From an uncultured Pseudomonadales bacterium (GTDB taxonomy: Bacteria; Patescibacteriota; Microgenomatia; UBA1400; MFAQ01): a stretch of DNA of 64,000 bases. Each line of letters starts with the position of its first letter. Position 1 is the stretch's first letter. Below the pieces are notes generated by a model. The model was not told the origin of the DNA. It made no database searches and was given only the letters and a program-made list of their open reading frames with translations. Shown one piece after another: positions 29,095-39,329 of the stretch. The position numbers and the translations under genes were made by a program. The stretch is from assembly GCA_964357975.1 (NCBI GenBank), contig CAYHNG010000004.1, forward strand, positions 6,380 through 70,379, read 5' to 3'.

Positions 29095-29778
29095 ATGCAA
29101 ATTATTCACGGAGAGGATACGGCATCTTCATACAAAAGACTGACCGAAGTTATTGATAGCTTCAAGAGTGATAGTTTTGAGGTCATTATCAAAGACGGCA
29201 GTGACCTGGATCCAACCGGCCTCCGGCAAGAGATGCAACCCTCGAACCTTTTTGGTACCGAAAAATGTTTAATTATTAAGAATCTCTTGTCCGGTAGTAA
29301 GGCCAAATCAAAAGATATTCTCCTTAATACTCTTTCCCGGTCTTCAGGAACAAACATCGTCCTTTTTGAAACAAAGAAGATCTCCGAGACGGCGCTCAAA
29401 CCCTTTTCCGGAGCCAAAATTGAACCATACAATATCAATCCCGTAATTTTTAAATTTTTGGACCTTCTTCGTCCCGGTAACACCAAAAGCCTCCTTGCGG
29501 GTTGGAACCGTCTGCTGGTCCTCAACCATGAACCGGAGTACATTTTTATCATGTTAGTTAGACAAATCCGTCTTCTTATCCAAGCCAAATCCGGTCCTTC
29601 ATATCTTAAGCTCAGCCCTTACCCCAAAAAATTGGTCACTGCGCAGTCCGCACTATTCGACCTTTCACATCTCCTGGATTTGCACGAGTTGCTTTACGCT
29701 ATTGATAAAAAAATCAAAACCGGCTCGTCTTCTTTACCCATCGACCAGCTCATTCTTCAGTTTTTCCTCAAAGTCTAG
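29095..29778 (+). CDS. holA: DNA polymerase III delta subunit-like protein (short)
   Basis: IIHGED start, NLFG, IFKFLD, LVRQIRLL and DKKIKTG motifs. Confidence 0.7.
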   Translation: MQIIHGEDTASSYKRLTEVIDSFKSDSFEVIIKDGSDLDPTGLRQEMQPSNLFGTEKCLIIKNLLSGSKAKSKDILLNTLSRSSGTNIVLFETKKISETALKPFSGAKIEPYNINPVIFKFLDLLRPGNTKSLLAGWNRLLVLNHEPEYIFIMLVRQIRLLIQAKSGPSYLKLSPYPKKLVTAQSALFDLSHLLDLHELLYAIDKKIKTGSSSLPIDQLILQFFLKV

Positions 29779-29818
29779 TACAATCTAGCCGTAAGTACTT
29801 GAATTAAGGAGGCTCAAC

Positions 29819-30133
29819 ATGTGTTGTGGCGGAATGTACCCAAATTTCCTAGGTATACTAATTAGCCAGCTAAAGCCAGGTGACCAGGTGATTATCTTAA
29901 AAGGAGAGGGCTACCCTCCAGTTCAGAATGAAACTACTGACATTATCTGGAAAGTAGATCTGTTTTCAGCTCTCACTGCTGGGGGTATTTCTCTCAACTG
30001 TATGACGATTTCGGACCTACCTTTAACCGGCACCTCTTTCGAAGAATATCTTGTTTCCGAAGAGGCAAAAGCTATTTGGAAGGATATTCAAGCCCTCAAG
30101 GATTCGGAAGAACCTGACTCCGAGCCTGAATAA
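29819..30133 (+). CDS. Hypothetical protein
   Basis: 104 aa with TACAAT, AAGGAGG SD and its own terminator. Confidence 0.65.
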   Translation: MCCGGMYPNFLGILISQLKPGDQVIILKGEGYPPVQNETTDIIWKVDLFSALTAGGISLNCMTISDLPLTGTSFEEYLVSEEAKAIWKDIQALKDSEEPDSEPE

Positions 30134-30142
30134 ACCGCAATG

Positions 30143-30169
30143 CCCCGCCAACTGGCGGGGTTTTCTTTT
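30143..30169 (+). terminator. Intrinsic terminator
   Basis: CCCCGCCA-ac-TGGCGGGG followed by TTTTCTTTT. Confidence 0.8.
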
Positions 30170-30285
30170 ATGTGGTACAATAACCCATAATTGTTCTTAG
30201 GTAGAGCTGTTAGCTCTGAGGTAGACTCGATCTCGATTGTCTAGCTTAATTTTCCAGAGGACAATCGGGGAAATCCCCACCAAAC

Positions 30286-31482
30286 ATGTTTAATTCACGT
30301 CCTTCTTATGGCCGTAGGCCCGCTAGTCGTGGCTTTCGACCTTCGGGAAGTAATTTCCGAAGACCCAATCGTTTTATGCCCAAATCTCTTGACCCGAGAT
30401 TCTTTGTCTGTGCCGCCACACCGGTAACCGAGTCTGAGGCTATTATCAGCCACGCCTTTGCGGACTTCGACCTGCATCCTCAAGTTCATCTCAATCTTGC
30501 CGGTAGAGGTATGGTTACGCCAACCCAGATTCAAGATCAGGCTTTGGAACACGCTCTCTCCGGCAAAGATATCATTGGTTTAGCTGATACCGGCACCGGT
30601 AAGACCGCCACCTTTGCCTTACCTGTCATTCAAAAACTCTTGACCAACCCCAACGAAACATGTTTAATCGTCGCTCCGACACGGGAACTGGCCGTCCAAA
30701 TCAGAGACGAAATTCGTGGCTTAGCTGCCAATCTACCCATCTACTCCTGTGTTTTGATTGGAGGTTCGGACATCCGACGTCAGCTAGAGGATCTCCGTCG
30801 ACGCCCACATATCTATATCGGTACACCGGGCAGACTCAGAGACCTTTACAATCGACGTGCCCTAAATCTTCAAAATACCAAAACAGTTGTCTTGGACGAA
30901 GTTGACCGAATGTTAGACATGGGTTTTGTCAAAGAGATTACCGAACTGATGTCCTTCTTGCCCAAAGAGAGACAAACTTTATTGTTCTCAGCCACCCTCG
31001 ATCCTAAAGTTGAGGACATTGCCCGAAGGTTTCTGACGAGTCCTTTAAAGATTTCCGTCAAGAACGGGGAAACTTCTCACAATGTCGAACAAAATATTAT
31101 TCGCACTCACGGAAACAAGATGGAAGTCTTAAGCGACTTGCTGAGAAAAGAAGAGTTCAAAAAGGTTCTTATCTTTGGCCGTACCAAACATGGTGTTGAA
31201 AAAATCTCCATCGCTTTACAAAATGCCGGCTTTCCCGCCGATGCGATTCATGGGGACAAACGCCAGAATCAACGCGAAAACGTGCTCAGAAAATTTAAGG
31301 CAAACCAAATCAGTATTCTGATCGCAACCGATGTAGCAGCGAGAGGCATAGATGTCAAAGATATTTCACACGTCATCAACTACGATGAGCCCGCCACCTT
31401 TGAAGACTATACTCATCGAATTGGACGAACCGGTAGAGCCGGGAAACAGGGTATGGCGCTTACCTTTGTAGAAAACATCTAA
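30286..31482 (+). CDS. DEAD-box RNA helicase
   Basis: Q motif PTQIQ, TGTGKT, PTRELA, TPGR, DEVD, SAT, ARGID and HRIGRTGR. Confidence 0.93.
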   Translation: MFNSRPSYGRRPASRGFRPSGSNFRRPNRFMPKSLDPRFFVCAATPVTESEAIISHAFADFDLHPQVHLNLAGRGMVTPTQIQDQALEHALSGKDIIGLADTGTGKTATFALPVIQKLLTNPNETCLIVAPTRELAVQIRDEIRGLAANLPIYSCVLIGGSDIRRQLEDLRRRPHIYIGTPGRLRDLYNRRALNLQNTKTVVLDEVDRMLDMGFVKEITELMSFLPKERQTLLFSATLDPKVEDIARRFLTSPLKISVKNGETSHNVEQNIIRTHGNKMEVLSDLLRKEEFKKVLIFGRTKHGVEKISIALQNAGFPADAIHGDKRQNQRENVLRKFKANQISILIATDVAARGIDVKDISHVINYDEPATFEDYTHRIGRTGRAGKQGMALTFVENI

Positions 31483-31489
31483 TACACCT

Positions 31490-31524
31490 CGTCATTGCGA
31501 GGAGTGAAAGCGACGTGGCAATCT
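31490..31524 (+). repeat. GTCAT-tagged REP-like palindromic element 3
   Basis: CGTCATTGCGAGGAGTGAAAGCGACGTGGCAATCT, with ATTGC/GCAAT arms, just after the helicase stop codon. Confidence 0.7.
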
Positions 31525-31558
31525 ATAATTTTGTTATAGTTATGTAAGAAACATAACT

Positions 31559-33979
31559 ATGAAATATACCGGTTTAGATACTTCGGAGGTGATAGCCTTG
31601 CAGAAGAGGTATGGGCCCAACACCCTCCCCGAAGAAAAACAGCTACATGCTCTGTCTATTCTTTTTTCACAGTTAAAAAGTCCGCTAATATATATCCTCT
31701 TTGGTGTCATCGCCATCTCTCTTATCTTTAGGGAATTTTTGGATGTGCTCCTTATTTCTGCGATAGTTTTTCTCAACGTTGTCATGGGTTTTTCTCAAGA
31801 GTATAGTGCCCAAAAAACTCTCGGGGCGCTAAAAAAAATCATTAAACCATTCACTATCGTCATTCGTTCCGGTATCCGTCGCTCTGTCGAAGTATCCGGT
31901 CTTGTCCCTGGTGATATCGTCATTTTGGGCTCCGGCGACAGCGTCCCGGCAGACGGCGTCTTGCTTGAGGGGGTAGACATGCTTATTAACGAATCAATTC
32001 TGACCGGAGAATCCGAGTCTGTGGTAAAAACTCAAGGAAAAAAAACGGGTGGCCTGTTTATGGGCACTACCGTGGTTGCCGGACGAGGTACCATGCTTGT
32101 CGGGAAAACAGGTACCCAAACAGAGATCGGGAAAATAGGCAAAAGTATCACCCAGATTAAAGAGCCCCAGACTCCTTTGCAAATCAAACTCGAAAAATTT
32201 TCTCGAACTTTGGTAATCATCATTGCCGCCATCTCGGTAGTGATTTTTTTAGTCGGTCTACTTCTCCGTCATGGTCTTTGGGAAATGTTTCGATACTCCA
32301 TTGTCTTGTCGGTCGCCGCCATTCCCGAAGGACTTCCCATCGCCGTAACCGTTATTCTATCGCTCGGTGTCAGAAGAATACTTAAAAAAGAAGGTTTGGT
32401 AAAGAGACTTCTTTCCATCGAGACACTCGGAGCCACTTCGGTAATTTGTACAGATAAGACCGGGACTCTGACTGAAGGAGTTATGCAGGTAGTAAAAACG
32501 AGTTTTAAAAATCACCGAGAAGCCATCAGAGGCTTAATTTTTTTAAACACGCAGAGATCCAGCTTGGAAATCGCCATCTGGAGCTTTCTCAAGAAAGAAT
32601 TGGGGAAAGATCCTCAAGTAATCCTCGATAATGTAAAAATTTTACACGAAGAAGCCTTTGAGAGTGACAAAAAGTTTGCCAAAACCATTGTTCGGTCAGG
32701 TTCAAAAGTCACCGGCTATATGATTGGAGCCCCGGAGGTGATCCTTAACTTCTGTTCCGGAACCAAAACAGAAAAGAAGCGGATACTTTATCAGTTTGAA
32801 AGCTGGGCTCGATCCGGACTTCGTGTAGTTGGTTTGTGTGAGAAATCGAACGCCAGCATAACGAGCCAATCCGGTTATCTATGGTCAGGCTTGATCGGGA
32901 TTAATGATCCTGTCAGAAAAACTGTCTCCGAATCTATTACCAAAGCCAAATCAGCCGGCATTCGTACTATTATCGTTACGGGGGATTATTTACACACAGC
33001 TCTTAAAGTGGCCAAAGAAGTAGGGCTCGACATTCCCGAAGGTGGCGCTATCGAAGGTCCGGAGTTGGATAAGATCCCTGCGGCAGATTTGCAAACCAGA
33101 ATAAAAAGTCTTTCTCTATTCGCCAGAGTCGCCCCAATCCAAAAACTAAAAATTATTGAGGCGCTTCAGGCAAACGGAGAAGTCGTGGCCATGACCGGAG
33201 ACGGCGTCAACGACGGTCCGGCGCTCAAGAAAGCAAACATTGGGATTGCCGTTGGCTCTGCTACCGATGTTGCCAAGTCCGCCGCCGATATTATTTTACT
33301 CAACAGCAATTTCCAAACCATTGTCTCGGCCATCGAAGAGGGTAGAATTATCTTTGCCAATATCAAGAAAGTTGTTTCTTATGTTCTCTCCAATTCGTTT
33401 GCCGAAATTGTTTTGATCATGGGTGCTCTGATGCTCAATATTCCCATACCTCTCACAATTGTCCAGATTCTTTGGGTTCATCTTATTTGCGATGGTCCAC
33501 CGGACATCGTCCTCGGATTTGAACCCAAAGAGACCGGTATTATGGATGAAAAACCGCGTAAATTAATTCAGGAAAGCATTCTCGAGCCACCCATGATTTT
33601 GTTAATCGTTGCCATAAGTCTGACAGCTGGACTCACGGCTTTATTTGCGTTTCACCACATTTACAATGGTAGTAATCCCCGGCTGGCTCAAACCGTTGCG
33701 TTTGCGGTCATCGGCTCAATCGACTTAACCTACATCTTTTCCTATAAAGACCTAAAAAAACCGATCTTTCAAATGAATTTATTCGACAATAAATTTCTGC
33801 TGGGGGCCGTGTTTTATGGCTTTGCCCTGTTAACTTTTGGCATTTACCACCCTCTGGCCAACAAATTACTAGGAACGATACCACTAAGTTTAAATTACTG
33901 GATCTATCCGTTATTGGCTTCCATAGCCACCATTATTTGGGTGGAGATAGTTAAGCTATTAAGACCAAATCGAACCTAA
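31559..33979 (+). CDS. P-type cation-transporting ATPase (type II, Ca2+-like)
   Basis: LTGES, AIPEGLP, DKTGTLT, TGD and MTGDGVND motifs. Confidence 0.92.
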   Translation: MKYTGLDTSEVIALQKRYGPNTLPEEKQLHALSILFSQLKSPLIYILFGVIAISLIFREFLDVLLISAIVFLNVVMGFSQEYSAQKTLGALKKIIKPFTIVIRSGIRRSVEVSGLVPGDIVILGSGDSVPADGVLLEGVDMLINESILTGESESVVKTQGKKTGGLFMGTTVVAGRGTMLVGKTGTQTEIGKIGKSITQIKEPQTPLQIKLEKFSRTLVIIIAAISVVIFLVGLLLRHGLWEMFRYSIVLSVAAIPEGLPIAVTVILSLGVRRILKKEGLVKRLLSIETLGATSVICTDKTGTLTEGVMQVVKTSFKNHREAIRGLIFLNTQRSSLEIAIWSFLKKELGKDPQVILDNVKILHEEAFESDKKFAKTIVRSGSKVTGYMIGAPEVILNFCSGTKTEKKRILYQFESWARSGLRVVGLCEKSNASITSQSGYLWSGLIGINDPVRKTVSESITKAKSAGIRTIIVTGDYLHTALKVAKEVGLDIPEGGAIEGPELDKIPAADLQTRIKSLSLFARVAPIQKLKIIEALQANGEVVAMTGDGVNDGPALKKANIGIAVGSATDVAKSAADIILLNSNFQTIVSAIEEGRIIFANIKKVVSYVLSNSFAEIVLIMGALMLNIPIPLTIVQILWVHLICDGPPDIVLGFEPKETGIMDEKPRKLIQESILEPPMILLIVAISLTAGLTALFAFHHIYNGSNPRLAQTVAFAVIGSIDLTYIFSYKDLKKPIFQMNLFDNKFLLGAVFYGFALLTFGIYHPLANKLLGTIPLSLNYWIYPLLASIATIIWVEIVKLLRPNRT

Positions 33980-33990
33980 AATCGACCCAT

Positions 33991-34009
33991 TAGTGTACCA
34001 GACACACTA
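33991..34009. promoter_or_regulatory. Candidate NrtR operator upstream of pncB
   Basis: TAGTGT-N7-ACACTA palindrome (GT-N7-AC core) 5 nt before TATAAT at 34015. Confidence 0.7.
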
Positions 34010-34081
34010 TGTGTTATAATACCCTGTAGAAATTGTAAGTACCCTAAAATAAGCATAATCCTATATATGTTAGGAGGCATA

Positions 34082-35341
34082 ATGACGCACAGAAGCTCCG
34101 GAAATGAGATCATCCGCGACATCCTTGAGAATGACGTTTATGACGATTCCATGTGTAACGGATTCCGTACTTTATATCCCAAAGCATGGGGTCATTACGA
34201 GTTTAACGACCGTGACGATACCATTTATCCACCCGGCTATGCCGGTTTGCTTACCGAAAAAGTCCAAGATTTAAAGCTTGTCGGCTCCGATCCGGATAAA
34301 ATGAAATTTTTCCGAAATGCTTGGTCTTTCGTTCCCAAGTGTTATTTTGACTGGAGAGAAACGTTTAAGTACAATCCTGAGTTAGTGAAATTTCGGCAAG
34401 ACAATGAAGGCCACTTACACGGTACTGTTATTGGTCCCATCGAAAAGGGCATATTCTTTGAAACTCCACTTCTCGCCATTAACTCTCAAACTTTCAACGA
34501 GGAAAACAACTGGCTTCCGGACGACAACTGGCACGAAGTGCTCTATCAAAGTATCGATCGGATGAAAGAGGCCAGATTACAGGTGGCGGAATTTGCTATG
34601 CGACGTAGAGCATACAATTGGATGCACGACGAGGCAACTTCTATTCTCTATAAAAGAGGTGGATCTTTCAAGAACGGTGGAATATATGTGGGTGCCAGTG
34701 TGCCCTACCATTCCTACTTCTCCGGCTTGGCCCCCAAGGGTACTGTCGCACATCAGTGGCCCATGTTTCACGCGGCTGTCTTTGGCATAGAATGGGCCAA
34801 TCAGACGGCCAACGCTGCATGGAGAGCTGTATATGGAGACAACGTCGCTACTGCTCTTATGGATACCTTTACCGACGAGTTTTTCTGGGCAACCCTTACA
34901 CCGGAACTAGCTCACCTGTTCAAAAGTTTTCGCTTTGATAGCGGTAATATGATTAGACAGTTAAACCTGGCCAATTGTTTTTTGACTCATCCTTCAGTTG
35001 GTGTTGATCCCACTGCGGTCACCTTAATGCCCACAGATTCTCTCGACGAACACGAGGCAATCAGACTAAGTAAGCACATTCGGAATCTGGGATACAAAGA
35101 TGCTTTTGGCATTGGCGGGCACTTCACTAACAATAAAGACTTCTTCAAAAAGACTCCTGCTTACCGACCACTCAGAACTGTCATTAAGCTGGTAGCTGTA
35201 AGTTTAAATGAAGGAGAAACTTGGTTAAAGACAGCCAAACTTTCCAACACACCGGGAAAGTACACCGGTGAGACAAACAAGATAGCCGAGTATCTACGAC
35301 ACATCCAAAAACATCCCTTCCCGTTTCCGTTTTCCGGCTAA
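34082..35341 (+). CDS. pncB: Nicotinate phosphoribosyltransferase
   Basis: FETPLLA, EFAMRRR, GTVAH (phospho-His), DTF, RFDSG, FGIG and KLSNTPGK motifs. AGGAGG SD. Confidence 0.85.
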   Translation: MTHRSSGNEIIRDILENDVYDDSMCNGFRTLYPKAWGHYEFNDRDDTIYPPGYAGLLTEKVQDLKLVGSDPDKMKFFRNAWSFVPKCYFDWRETFKYNPELVKFRQDNEGHLHGTVIGPIEKGIFFETPLLAINSQTFNEENNWLPDDNWHEVLYQSIDRMKEARLQVAEFAMRRRAYNWMHDEATSILYKRGGSFKNGGIYVGASVPYHSYFSGLAPKGTVAHQWPMFHAAVFGIEWANQTANAAWRAVYGDNVATALMDTFTDEFFWATLTPELAHLFKSFRFDSGNMIRQLNLANCFLTHPSVGVDPTAVTLMPTDSLDEHEAIRLSKHIRNLGYKDAFGIGGHFTNNKDFFKKTPAYRPLRTVIKLVAVSLNEGETWLKTAKLSNTPGKYTGETNKIAEYLRHIQKHPFPFPFSG

Positions 35342-35369
35342 CTCCTAGCCTGTTTCGAGGGTGTTTTTC

Positions 35370-35398
35370 TTGACAACTAGGCACAAGACCTATATAAT
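35370..35398 (+). promoter_or_regulatory. Consensus sigma70 promoter
   Basis: TTGACA-17 nt-TATAAT. Confidence 0.8.
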
Positions 35399-35433
35399 AC
35401 TTCTTTTCGGCAACTTACAGACTTGGAGGCTAT

Positions 35434-35685
35434 ATGGCACTAAACAGTTACGATACTTTATACGCAACCGTCAAAGAGACCGTTGTGTCGGCCATGAAAG
35501 AAAAAGGCGGTGGTCTGGTAGAAGTCCCGCTTGAACAATTCCACACCTACTTTTCTGCTGATTGGACGGCCCGCATTGTTCATCAGCTTAGAAGAGAACT
35601 GGCGGAGGAGTTTGGGATTACCAAAGTGCACTCTCGCAGTGCCGATCCGCAACACGAAGTGAAAGCCTGTATCATTATCGAGTGA
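35434..35685 (+). CDS. Hypothetical protein
   Basis: 83 aa with perfect promoter, GGAGG SD and terminator. Confidence 0.7.
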   Translation: MALNSYDTLYATVKETVVSAMKEKGGGLVEVPLEQFHTYFSADWTARIVHQLRRELAEEFGITKVHSRSADPQHEVKACIIIE

Positions 35686-35690
35686 AACTC

Positions 35691-35721
35691 GGACCCCATT
35701 AATTTGGGGTCCCTTTTTTTT
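35691..35721 (+). terminator. Intrinsic terminator
   Basis: GGACCCCA...TGGGGTCC followed by a T-run. Confidence 0.8.
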
Positions 35722-35727
35722 CGAAAA

Positions 35728-36375
35728 TCAATCTTCGGAAAGTTCCAGATCGTATCCAACCTTTTTCTTTTTAAGCATTGATCGAAGTTGGTCGTTCCTT
35801 TGGTGAGAAGAAATAATCGTCGCCACTACTTGTCCGTTTTTAACGGATCTGGAACGTACGTCGGCTCCTAATCTACTCAGAATCACTTCCAGTTTCCTTT
35901 CGTCTTTTGGCTTTACTTTCAGTAAATAGTAGTCACCTTTAAGACCGTATTTATATTGAAACACCGCAATTGGGTTTAACAGCAAAACCAGGCAAACAGC
36001 AACTATCGCCGGTAAGTATAGTCCCGCACCGATACTAATTCCGATAGCCGCCGTTGTCCAGATAGTTGCCGCCGTCGTTACTCCCAACACCTTATTACCG
36101 TTTTTTAGAATCACCCCGGCTCCCAGAAAACCGACACCCGTGATTACCTGTGCCATGAGACGTGCCGGATCGGCGTCAGGAACTCCGTACCATTTACCCA
36201 AAAAAACGGAAATACCGGCCATAAGTGCCGACCCAACACAAACCAGCATCTGCGTTCTGATGCCCGCAGCCTTTCCACTTCTTTCTCTATCAAATCCAAT
36301 AATTACACCTGCCACAAACGCCACCAAAACACGCATTATAATTCTTACCTGAAATTCGTCGGTACCCAAAATCAT
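35728..36375 (-). CDS. MgtC/SapB family membrane protein
   Basis: IGFDRE..KAAGIRT, DPARLMAQVITGVGFLGAG and TTAATIW motifs. Confidence 0.9.
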   Translation of the reverse strand: MILGTDEFQVRIIMRVLVAFVAGVIIGFDRERSGKAAGIRTQMLVCVGSALMAGISVFLGKWYGVPDADPARLMAQVITGVGFLGAGVILKNGNKVLGVTTAATIWTTAAIGISIGAGLYLPAIVAVCLVLLLNPIAVFQYKYGLKGDYYLLKVKPKDERKLEVILSRLGADVRSRSVKNGQVVATIISSHQRNDQLRSMLKKKKVGYDLELSED

Positions 36376-36413
36376 ATTCGTAGTCTACCACTTCTTTTCC
36401 GTATGTAAACGTT

Positions 36414-37847
36414 TCAATTCAGAAAATCAAGATTCACACAAAGTTGGTCTTTCCAAATCATATCCGGGTACTGGTGGAGCATCTTGTTCACGTATGCCTT
36501 TCTTTCGTTAAATATCTTTTGGCTTTTTGCCTCAAATTTGATGGTGATGTAAGGACCGTTTTGTGAATAACGAAAAACCATCATACCGTCGTCAAAATCC
36601 GCTCGTACCCCGTCGTCACCCGGTATTACGGAATCATCGGTAATCTGGGCTCCAGGAAAGTCGGCCATAAATCTTTTGGCTAGATCTTTGACTACCGCAA
36701 TCTTCTTTTCATCAGGGCAGCCAATTTTTATTTCCGGAGATGAAATATAGGTTGGAAAACTTTCGTACAACTGAGAAAGAGATACGTTTTTCTCCGACAA
36801 GTACTCCAAGATTCTGAGCGCCGCATAAGCTCCATCATCATGACCGTAAGCGTTATCGGCAAAGAAAAAGTGACCGGATAACTCACCTCCGAAGGCTGCC
36901 CTCTCTTCCGCAATTTTGCTTTTGATAAAAGCATGGCCTGTTTTCCAGATAATCGGAGTACCTCCATGCATCTTGACTACTTCGCGTACCACTTGCGAAC
37001 ATAAAGTATTGTAGATAATTTTTGATCCGGGAAATCTTTCCAATATTTCTTCGGCAAAAATAGCTACAGCTACATCGTTCCATAACACGCGCCCTTTTTC
37101 GTCTACCAAGCCAATTCGATCACCGTCTCCATCAAAAGCCAAGCCCAAATCCGCTTTATTTGTTCTGACTACCTGAGCCAAAGATTCCATCAGCTTACTA
37201 TCCGTTGGATCCGGCGTACCGGCCGGGAAGGATCCATCAACTTTTGCGTTCAATTCCACTACTTCACATCCTGCTCTTCGTAATATTTCCGGGAGATAAA
37301 TACCTGTAGTGCCACAATGTGAGTCAACCACTACCTTATAAGACTTCTTCACGTTTACTCTCTTCAACAAGTCAAGAATATAGTCCTCTTTGACATTCGC
37401 TTTTGAAATTATTCCTTTTGTCTTGGATACTTTGAAGTCATTATTCTCAACATAATTTCTTAGCTCCTGAACTTCTTCCGGGCCGGTTGTTTGAGAGTAT
37501 CCAACTCCCAATTTAAAGCCGTTAAAATTTTTTGGGTTATGGGAGGCGGTTAGTATGGCTCCACCGTTCGTTTGGAATCTGTACTGGCCAAAATACATCA
37601 TTTGAGTCATGATCATCCCCAAGTCAATGATGTTTACTCCGGTACTGATGACACCTTTCATAAAAGCTTTTTGAAACTCCGGTCCGGAAAGGCGGCAGTC
37701 TCTTCCACAAACCATCTGTCCAATCTTGCGTCTCCTAAGAAAAGTTCCATAGGCCTTCCCTAGAGCTTCAACCTTCTTTGCGTCTAGATCAACGTCCACC
37801 ACACCACGGATATCGTAATTTCTAAAAATTAAGGGGTTAATTTTCAT
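36414..37847 (-). CDS. Phosphomannomutase/phosphoglucomutase (copy 1)
   Basis: YDIRG, TASHNP, DGDGDR and GELSGH motifs. Confidence 0.92.
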   Translation of the reverse strand: MKINPLIFRNYDIRGVVDVDLDAKKVEALGKAYGTFLRRRKIGQMVCGRDCRLSGPEFQKAFMKGVISTGVNIIDLGMIMTQMMYFGQYRFQTNGGAILTASHNPKNFNGFKLGVGYSQTTGPEEVQELRNYVENNDFKVSKTKGIISKANVKEDYILDLLKRVNVKKSYKVVVDSHCGTTGIYLPEILRRAGCEVVELNAKVDGSFPAGTPDPTDSKLMESLAQVVRTNKADLGLAFDGDGDRIGLVDEKGRVLWNDVAVAIFAEEILERFPGSKIIYNTLCSQVVREVVKMHGGTPIIWKTGHAFIKSKIAEERAAFGGELSGHFFFADNAYGHDDGAYAALRILEYLSEKNVSLSQLYESFPTYISSPEIKIGCPDEKKIAVVKDLAKRFMADFPGAQITDDSVIPGDDGVRADFDDGMMVFRYSQNGPYITIKFEAKSQKIFNERKAYVNKMLHQYPDMIWKDQLCVNLDFLN

Positions 37848-37921
37848 AGTTCATCATTAATAGTTATTTGAGTATATATCAGGTAGTATGGGAATCAAGC
37901 GTGTGTTGCTATACTAAATTA

Positions 37922-39328
37922 ATGCAGTTAAATCCGTACATTTTTCGTGGATACGATATTCGAGGAATCGCTGGCGAAGATTTATCGGAAGAGGCTGTTT
38001 ATTTGATCGGGCGAGGCTTTGCTACCTTTTTAGTTGAGAGACGGATTCAGCTTTGTCCCGTTGGTCGGGATAATCGAAAAAGTAGCCAAGCACTGTCCAA
38101 ATCATTTATCAGAGGGCTTAACGATGGCGGTATTGACACTATCGACATTGGTCTTTCCTTGAGTCAAATTGTCTATTTTTCTTCGTACCATTTTTTAACC
38201 AAAGCCTGTGCCATGATCACTGCTTCACACAACCCCAAAGAGTTTAATGGCTTGAAATTAGGCATTGGTTATTCCAAAACCATGTCGGGGGTCGAAATCC
38301 AAGACTTAAGAAAAATTATTGAAAGTGACCGTTATTCCATTGGCTACGGCCAAAATCGGACTCAAAATATCTTTCCGGCATATCGGAAGCATCTTCTTCA
38401 TTATTTCAAATTAAAAAGGAAATGGAGAATTGTTATTAATACCTTAAATACTTCTTCGGGGCGATTTTATCCAAGCATTTTTCGCCAGGCCGGCTGTCGG
38501 GTTATCACCCAAAACGAACGGCTTGATGACCATTTCCCTCATGGAACCGATCCTACAGACATTAGAGTTCTTACTGCACTAGGTAAGAAAGTTGTCAAAG
38601 AGCGCGCGGATCTTGGTTTTGCCTTCGACGCCGACGGAGATCGCTTGGGAGTTGTAGACGAAAACGGTCGTTTGCACTGGATGGATATCATAGTCGCCGT
38701 CTTTGCCATCGATATTTTGGAAAATTTACCCGGTGCCACCATCATCTATAACAATCTTTGCTCTCAGGTAGTTCCTGAGACCATCAAAAAGATGGGAGGC
38801 ATTCCTTTAATGTGGAGAACCGGTCACTCCTTTATCAAATCCAAGATCTTGGAAACGGGTGCCATGTTGGGGGGAGAACTTTCGGGTCATGTATTTTTCA
38901 TGGATAATTATTTCGGGCACGATGATGCGGCCTTTGCTTGTTTAAGGTTACTGTCTTTCTTGGAAAAACACGAAGAGACTCTCTCGGAAGTCACTTCCTC
39001 TTTCGAAACTCGTCTGGGCAGCCCGGAAATTAAGCTTGGAGTGAGAGATGAAATCAAGTTTGATTTAATTGAAAACAAGCTGAGACATGATCTTGTCACC
39101 ACTTGGCCGGATGCCAAAACAAATGAGTTGGACGGTATCCGGTTGGACTCCGGTGATTTTATGGTTGTTGTTCGTGCCTCGCAAAACGGGCCATACATTA
39201 CTATCAGATTTGAAGGAAGTAATGAGAAAGTCTACAATGAAGTCAGAGACAAACTAAAAGAAATTCTTCACCGGTATCCGACCATCAACTGGGATATCGG
39301 TATCAACACTTACGCATTTAATATCTAA
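37922..39328 (+). CDS. Phosphomannomutase/phosphoglucomutase (copy 2)
   Basis: YDIRG, TASHNP, DADGDR and GELSGH motifs. ATG after TGcTATACT. Confidence 0.92.
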   Translation: MQLNPYIFRGYDIRGIAGEDLSEEAVYLIGRGFATFLVERRIQLCPVGRDNRKSSQALSKSFIRGLNDGGIDTIDIGLSLSQIVYFSSYHFLTKACAMITASHNPKEFNGLKLGIGYSKTMSGVEIQDLRKIIESDRYSIGYGQNRTQNIFPAYRKHLLHYFKLKRKWRIVINTLNTSSGRFYPSIFRQAGCRVITQNERLDDHFPHGTDPTDIRVLTALGKKVVKERADLGFAFDADGDRLGVVDENGRLHWMDIIVAVFAIDILENLPGATIIYNNLCSQVVPETIKKMGGIPLMWRTGHSFIKSKILETGAMLGGELSGHVFFMDNYFGHDDAAFACLRLLSFLEKHEETLSEVTSSFETRLGSPEIKLGVRDEIKFDLIENKLRHDLVTTWPDAKTNELDGIRLDSGDFMVVVRASQNGPYITIRFEGSNEKVYNEVRDKLKEILHRYPTINWDIGINTYAFNI

Positions 39329-39329
39329 G

